From: Candidatus Fraserbacteria bacterium
GTDB taxonomy: Bacteria > Bipolaricaulota > Bipolaricaulia > RBG-16-55-9
DNA: 20,489 nucleotides
Assembly: GCA_037443265.1 (NCBI GenBank)
Contig: JBBIOR010000001.1
Coordinates: forward strand, 48,940 to 69,428
Direction: 5' to 3'
Shown here: positions 16,469 through 20,489 of the stretch, in pieces
How positions within the stretch are numbered: the first letter of the stretch is position 1
How the letters are laid out: every line of letters starts with the position of its first letter
Position numbers and translations under genes: made by a program
The notes under the pieces: model-generated
What the model saw: only the letters and a program-made list of their open reading frames with translations
Databases searched by the model: none
Told to the model about the DNA's origin: nothing

Positions 16469-17161
16469 ATGTCTTCAAGAAAGATCCGCGTCGTCTTCTT
16501 CGACGTGCACGATACGCTCATCTACTGTCGGCTCACTCCGCCCCAGATCTTCGTGCAGCTGTTGGAGGAGGTAGGCAGGGCACTGCTGCCTTCCGCCGTG
16601 GAAGCGCTCTACCCCAAGCCACAACAGCTGGAGCAGCTGCGGGCTCAAGCCAAGGGCTGCGAAGACGAGTTCTGGCTCTCATTCAATGCCCAGCTGTTGC
16701 AGGAGCTGGGCATTGTCGATCCCAACGGGAGACTCGCCAGGCATCTGACGGAAGGCTTCAAAGACGTGCGCTGGTGGGCCGTCTACCCCGACGTGAAGCC
16801 TGCGCTACGCGATCTCAGGGGGGCAGGATATCGCTTGGGCGTGATTGCCAATGCCAGGCATCTGCTGCAGGGACGACTAGGGTATCTGGAGCTGATGGGT
16901 TATTTTCAAGCCATCACGTACTCCGAGGAGGCGGGCTTTGAGAAGCCCGACCCGCGGATCTTTCAGCTGGCCCTAGAGCGAATGAAATGCGTCCCTGAAG
17001 AGGCTCTTCACGTGGGCGATCGCTATCTCGAAGATATCCAAGGAGCCCGAGGGGCGGGGTTGCAGGCCGTTCTGCTCGATCGGAATAATTCTCAGCCGGA
17101 CGCAGAGTGCAAGCGAATCCGAAGCCTAGTGGAGCTGCGGGATCTTTTGAGCCAGATCTAG
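16469..17161 (+). CDS. HAD-IA family hydrolase (REG-2-like)
   Basis: Motif I FFDVHDTL, motif II GVIAN, EKPDPRIF and HVGDRYLEDIQGA. Confidence 0.9.
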   Translation: MSSRKIRVVFFDVHDTLIYCRLTPPQIFVQLLEEVGRALLPSAVEALYPKPQQLEQLRAQAKGCEDEFWLSFNAQLLQELGIVDPNGRLARHLTEGFKDVRWWAVYPDVKPALRDLRGAGYRLGVIANARHLLQGRLGYLELMGYFQAITYSEEAGFEKPDPRIFQLALERMKCVPEEALHVGDRYLEDIQGARGAGLQAVLLDRNNSQPDAECKRIRSLVELRDLLSQI

Positions 17162-17973
17162 CGCGAAAGCTCCTTCGATTTCTGGGTGGCTCGATCGACG
17201 GCCTTGATGAGCGCCACGCGCACGCCTCCGGCCTCCAGCTCCAACAGGCCGTCTACGGTCGTCCCGGCGGGCGTGGTCACTGCGTCTTTCAACTTGGCCG
17301 GATGCTCACCCGTCTCCAGCACCATCTGCGCGGCCCCCAGAATCGATTGGGCAGCTAAAGTCGTCGCTAGCTCTCGGGGTAAGCCCACTTTCACCCCACC
17401 TTCGGCCAGCGCCTCAATGATGATGTAGCCGTAGGCTGGCCCGCTGCCCGACAGCCCAGTCACTCCATCCATCAGCTCCTCGTTGTCGATCACTTCCACG
17501 CGGCCCACCGATGAAAAGATCGCGCGGGCCATCTCAATATGAGCGCGTTGAGCGTATCTTCCGGGACAGAGCACCGTCATGCCCTGATTCACTAAACAAG
17601 GCGTGTTCGGCATGGCCCGCACCACCGGCACAGCTCCTGGCAGATGCTCCTCCACAAAGCGCGTGGTAACCGCCGCAGCCAGGGTGATGACCAGCTGTTT
17701 AGGCGTGATATGATCCCGAATCTCAGAGAGCACTCGAGCCATATTCTGAGGTTTGACCGCTAAAATGACGATATCTCTCTCTCGAACAAGCTGGGCATTG
17801 TCTGTAAGCACAGCCAGGCCATGGCGTTCGGCCATCTTGGCCGCTGTCTCTTTGTGCGCGGTGCTGCCCGCAACGCTCGATACAACGCGATTGCGGATCA
17901 GGCCGCTGGCGAGCGTCCCCCCGATCTTGCCCAACCCGATGATCGCTACCCGCTTGTCCTTAAGCAGGCTCAT
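17158..17973 (-). CDS. proC: Pyrroline-5-carboxylate reductase
   Basis: IGLGKIG Rossmann motif, LAVKPQ, RAMPNTP, GLSGSGPAY and HPAKLKDAVTTPAGTT. Confidence 0.97.
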   Translation of the reverse strand: MSLLKDKRVAIIGLGKIGGTLASGLIRNRVVSSVAGSTAHKETAAKMAERHGLAVLTDNAQLVRERDIVILAVKPQNMARVLSEIRDHITPKQLVITLAAAVTTRFVEEHLPGAVPVVRAMPNTPCLVNQGMTVLCPGRYAQRAHIEMARAIFSSVGRVEVIDNEELMDGVTGLSGSGPAYGYIIIEALAEGGVKVGLPRELATTLAAQSILGAAQMVLETGEHPAKLKDAVTTPAGTTVDGLLELEAGGVRVALIKAVDRATQKSKELSR

Positions 17974-17986
17974 AAGATCTTGCCAA

Positions 17987-18013
17987 ATTATACGAACTCC
18001 CGTGCGCTGTCAA
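17987..18013 (-). promoter_or_regulatory. Candidate proC promoter
   Basis: Minus-strand TTGACA (18013-18008) and TATAAT (17992-17987), both perfect, but the spacer is only 15 bp. Confidence 0.5.
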
Positions 18014-18053
18014 GGCCTGCGAGTGCCTCGTCGCTTAAGGTGATATCCAATAC

Positions 18054-18082
18054 TTGCATCCTAGTCGCTTATCATGTATAAT
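18054..18082 (+). promoter_or_regulatory. Sigma70-type promoter upstream of riboswitch 3
   Basis: TTGCAT 18054-18059, 17-bp spacer, TATAAT 18077-18082. Confidence 0.7.
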
Positions 18083-18100
18083 CAGCCCTGGGAATTCTAG

Positions 18101-18180
18101 GGCTCGAAAAGGCAAACCTACCGTGAGGTAGGGGCGCAAAGCTACAGGTCTCACCCGAGACGGCTGGGCTGCCGAAAGCC
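18101..18180 (+). promoter_or_regulatory. c-di-GMP-I (GEMM-I) riboswitch 3
   Basis: AAGGCAAACCTACC-GTGA-GGTAGGGGCGCAAAGCTACAGGTCTC-accc-GAGACGGCTGGGCTGCCG; P1 GGCT-CG / CG-aa-AGCC. Confidence 0.92.
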
Positions 18181-18230
18181 TCGCTTGAGGAGCAGAAGAG
18201 TCAGTTGATAAGCTCAAAGCGAGGTTTTTT
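18176..18230 (+). terminator. Terminator/RBS-sequestering hairpin competing with P1 of riboswitch 3
   Basis: CCTCGCTT-GAG 18179-18189 pairs with CTC-a-AAGCGAGG 18213-18224, followed by T6 18225-18230. Confidence 0.6.
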
Positions 18231-20489
18231 CAATTTTTGTCTTCAGAACTTCTTAAGTTGGGCGCTGCGCGGAAGTTTCGGGCTTCTGCTGCTGCTTATC
18301 ATTGCAGCCTGGGGCTCCTCCGCTCAGCAGCCGATAGTCGGTCCCATCGGCGATTATGGCGATGCCCCAGATCAGCTTCTGGCCAACTACAAGCGCGTCG
18401 ATCCCCAGAGGCTGGGCTTCTTCCCATCCGCTTTCAAGGGCGCGTCTGATCCCAGCTATATCTTACATCGCTTCCCGCAAGAGCGCGTCTTTTTGGGCTT
18501 ATCCGTCTCCTCTGAGCTAAACGCCCTGCTGGTCGATCGCGATCTCGACGACGGCTGGGTGCCCGCCAGCTTCTTCATGTGCCATCAGGCCGAACTGGAG
18601 ATCTTCGTCACCGTGCCGCCGGGAGCCACCCAGGGGCCGATCTATCTCAACGCGCTCTTCGACTGGGACCACGACGGCCGCTGGTCAGGCTCCTCCACCT
18701 GCGTCTCTTCCACGCGCGGCCCGCTGAGGGCCGAAGAGTGGGCCATACGCAACCTCGCCCTCCATGAGCCTCCCTATCGCTTGACCCCCGGCTTCATCGG
18801 AATCATTAAACTCCCAGCGATCATCACCGGGCCCAAAGAGGGCGAACTGTGGGTGCGCCTCACCATCAGCAGCGAGCCTGTGGACGAGAGCGTCTTCGTC
18901 CCCGTCGAGCGGGGCGGGCTGGGCTGGAACGGCCAAGGCGATTTCCTCTACGGCGAGACGGAAGATTATTTCGCGTGTCTGCTCGAGAACCCCAATTCTC
19001 CTCTGGAGAGCTGCCCACGGCCCTTGACCGATCAGCCCCCTATAGATCCTCCGCCCACAGGGGGGAGCAATCTGCCCCTCGCCCGCGACGATGCGGCTAC
19101 GATCTGTCAGGGAACACAAGCGGTCCTCAGCGTTCTGGACAACGACTCGGGCTCGGAGAACGCTCCTCTCGCCATCGGCGATATCACTCAGCCAGCCCAC
19201 GGCACCGTCACCCTCAATCCCAACCAGACGCTGACATACGTTCCGAACCCCGGCTTCTCCGGCCAGGATCGCTTTACGTATGTGGTGTGCAATGCCGGAG
19301 GCCTCTGCACCCAGGCCACAGTCACGGTCACGGTAGCCCCTGCCCCAACCGCCAAAGACGACGCCGCGAGCACCCAGGAAGACGCCCCACTCACTCTGGA
19401 TCTTTTGGGCAACGACTCGTTGAATGGAGCTGCCGTTGGACAACTTACGCTGACCATCATAAGTGGGCCGAGTCATGGCTCCGTCGTGATTAATCCCAAC
19501 AGGACTATCACTTATGCCCCGGACTCCAATTTCTTTGGGAACGACAGCTTTAGCTATGCCATTGGAGGCGAAGGGATCTGCTCCTCCAACGTCGCAACCG
19601 TCGCTATTGTGATCCAGGCGGTCAACGACCCGCCCTCTGCCCAAGACGACACAGCCACCACCCAGCAGGGCACTCCTGTGACCATCGCCGTGCTGGCCAA
19701 CGATAGCGATATAGACGGCAGCCTCGACTCCAGTTCCGTAACGCTCCTCAGCCAGCCGAGTCAGGGCACAGCCCAAGTCAACCCTGATGGCAGCATCACG
19801 TACATGCCCAAGGCGAACTTCAGCGGCCTAGACACCTTCTCATATCGTGTCTGCGACAATGGGAATCCCGTGCTGTGCGACAGCGCCACCGTGACCATCG
19901 CTGTCAAGGCCGCTGCCAACTCCCCTCCTACGGCCAATTCGCAGAACGTCACTACCACTGAAGACACACCGGCAGCGATCACGCTGACATGCAGCGATGC
20001 GGACGGCGATCCGCTGGCATTTGCCATACTCACGACCCCTGCTCATGGCACGCTTTCGGGCACACCGCCGAATATCACTTACACGCCCAACGCCAACTTC
20101 AACGGCAGCGATAGCTTCACCTTCAAATGCAATGACGGTCAGCTGGACAGCAACACCGCCACTGTCTCGATCACCGTCACCCCGGTCAACGACCCACCAC
20201 AACTGGCAGCCATCCTTGATCAGACCGTCACCGAGGGCCAGACCCTGATCCTCAACATAAGCTGCACCGACATTGACAGCTCTACTCTTGCTTTGAGCGC
20301 AGCCAATCTGCCACCAGGAGCTGCCTTTACAGACAACGGCAACGGGACCGGCACCCTCAGCTACACACCCGACTTCGACACCGTCCAGCACCCTTCTAAT
20401 CAAAAAGTCTTCAGCGGGGTGCAGATCAGCTGCAGCGACGGCTCCCTCACAGACACTAAGAATTTCAAGATCACCGTAAACGACGTCAA
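18205..20489 (+). CDS. Large secreted adhesin-like protein: GEVED domain plus at least five Ig/cadherin-like (Big_9/tandem-95) repeats; 3' truncated by window; absent from the ORF track
   Basis: Frame open from TTG 18205 (after GAGGAG) to the window end; signal GLLLLLIIAAWGSSA-Q; DYGDAP...YLNALFDWDHDG...GETEDY; repeats such as VNDPPSAQDD...VLANDSDIDG...TYMPKANFSGLDTFSYRVCD. Confidence 0.9.
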   Translation, partial: MISSKRGFFNFCLQNFLSWALRGSFGLLLLLIIAAWGSSAQQPIVGPIGDYGDAPDQLLANYKRVDPQRLGFFPSAFKGASDPSYILHRFPQERVFLGLSVSSELNALLVDRDLDDGWVPASFFMCHQAELEIFVTVPPGATQGPIYLNALFDWDHDGRWSGSSTCVSSTRGPLRAEEWAIRNLALHEPPYRLTPGFIGIIKLPAIITGPKEGELWVRLTISSEPVDESVFVPVERGGLGWNGQGDFLYGETEDYFACLLENPNSPLESCPRPLTDQPPIDPPPTGGSNLPLARDDAATICQGTQAVLSVLDNDSGSENAPLAIGDITQPAHGTVTLNPNQTLTYVPNPGFSGQDRFTYVVCNAGGLCTQATVTVTVAPAPTAKDDAASTQEDAPLTLDLLGNDSLNGAAVGQLTLTIISGPSHGSVVINPNRTITYAPDSNFFGNDSFSYAIGGEGICSSNVATVAIVIQAVNDPPSAQDDTATTQQGTPVTIAVLANDSDIDGSLDSSSVTLLSQPSQGTAQVNPDGSITYMPKANFSGLDTFSYRVCDNGNPVLCDSATVTIAVKAAANSPPTANSQNVTTTEDTPAAITLTCSDADGDPLAFAILTTPAHGTLSGTPPNITYTPNANFNGSDSFTFKCNDGQLDSNTATVSITVTPVNDPPQLAAILDQTVTEGQTLILNISCTDIDSSTLALSAANLPPGAAFTDNGNGTGTLSYTPDFDTVQHPSNQKVFSGVQISCSDGSLTDTKNFKITVNDV

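Noticed and set aside
9014..18180. Riboswitches might be the 3',3'-cGAMP-sensing GEMM-Ib variant
   Set aside because: The position equivalent to Vc2 G20 is G in all three (9028, 9726, 18111), which indicates c-di-GMP; the cGAMP variant typically has A.
18237..20403. Track ORFs 18237-18449, 18685-19776, 18849-19493 and 19840-20403
   Set aside because: They are alternate-frame or antisense shadows of the real adhesin frame starting at 18205.
1..20489. CRISPR arrays, tRNA/rRNA genes, transposases or integrases
   Set aside because: No regularly spaced repeats, cloverleaf or rRNA signatures, or recombinase motifs were seen by eye.

Overview
Bacterial genomic window. From left to right: the 3' end of a xanthine-dehydrogenase-family molybdoenzyme large subunit and a PaoB/YagS-type FAD subunit; an RHH antitoxin/MazF(PemK) toxin pair followed by a collapsed mrr pseudogene absent from the ORF track; a YbhB/YbcL lipoprotein; an S9 peptidase; a divergent six-gene surface-structure locus; a tightly coupled minus-strand operon (amidohydrolase, catalytically degenerate HMG-CoA-synthase-like protein, DUF35 scaffold, thiolase, nth); a HAD hydrolase; proC; and a large GEVED/Ig-repeat adhesin that runs off the right edge. 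The surface locus has two paralogous pilin-like genes, a two-domain tip-adhesin-like gene, a PapD-like chaperone, a 912-aa usher-like candidate and a stand-alone copy of that protein's N-terminal domains. Three c-di-GMP-I (GEMM) riboswitches precede the two pilin paralogs and the adhesin, and their expression platforms suggest OFF, ON and ON logic respectively. The best candidates for undescribed systems are this riboswitch-wired atypical chaperone-usher-like fibre and the PhlABC-like dead-synthase/DUF35/thiolase complex. All calls come from motif recognition by eye; no searches or folding programs were run.
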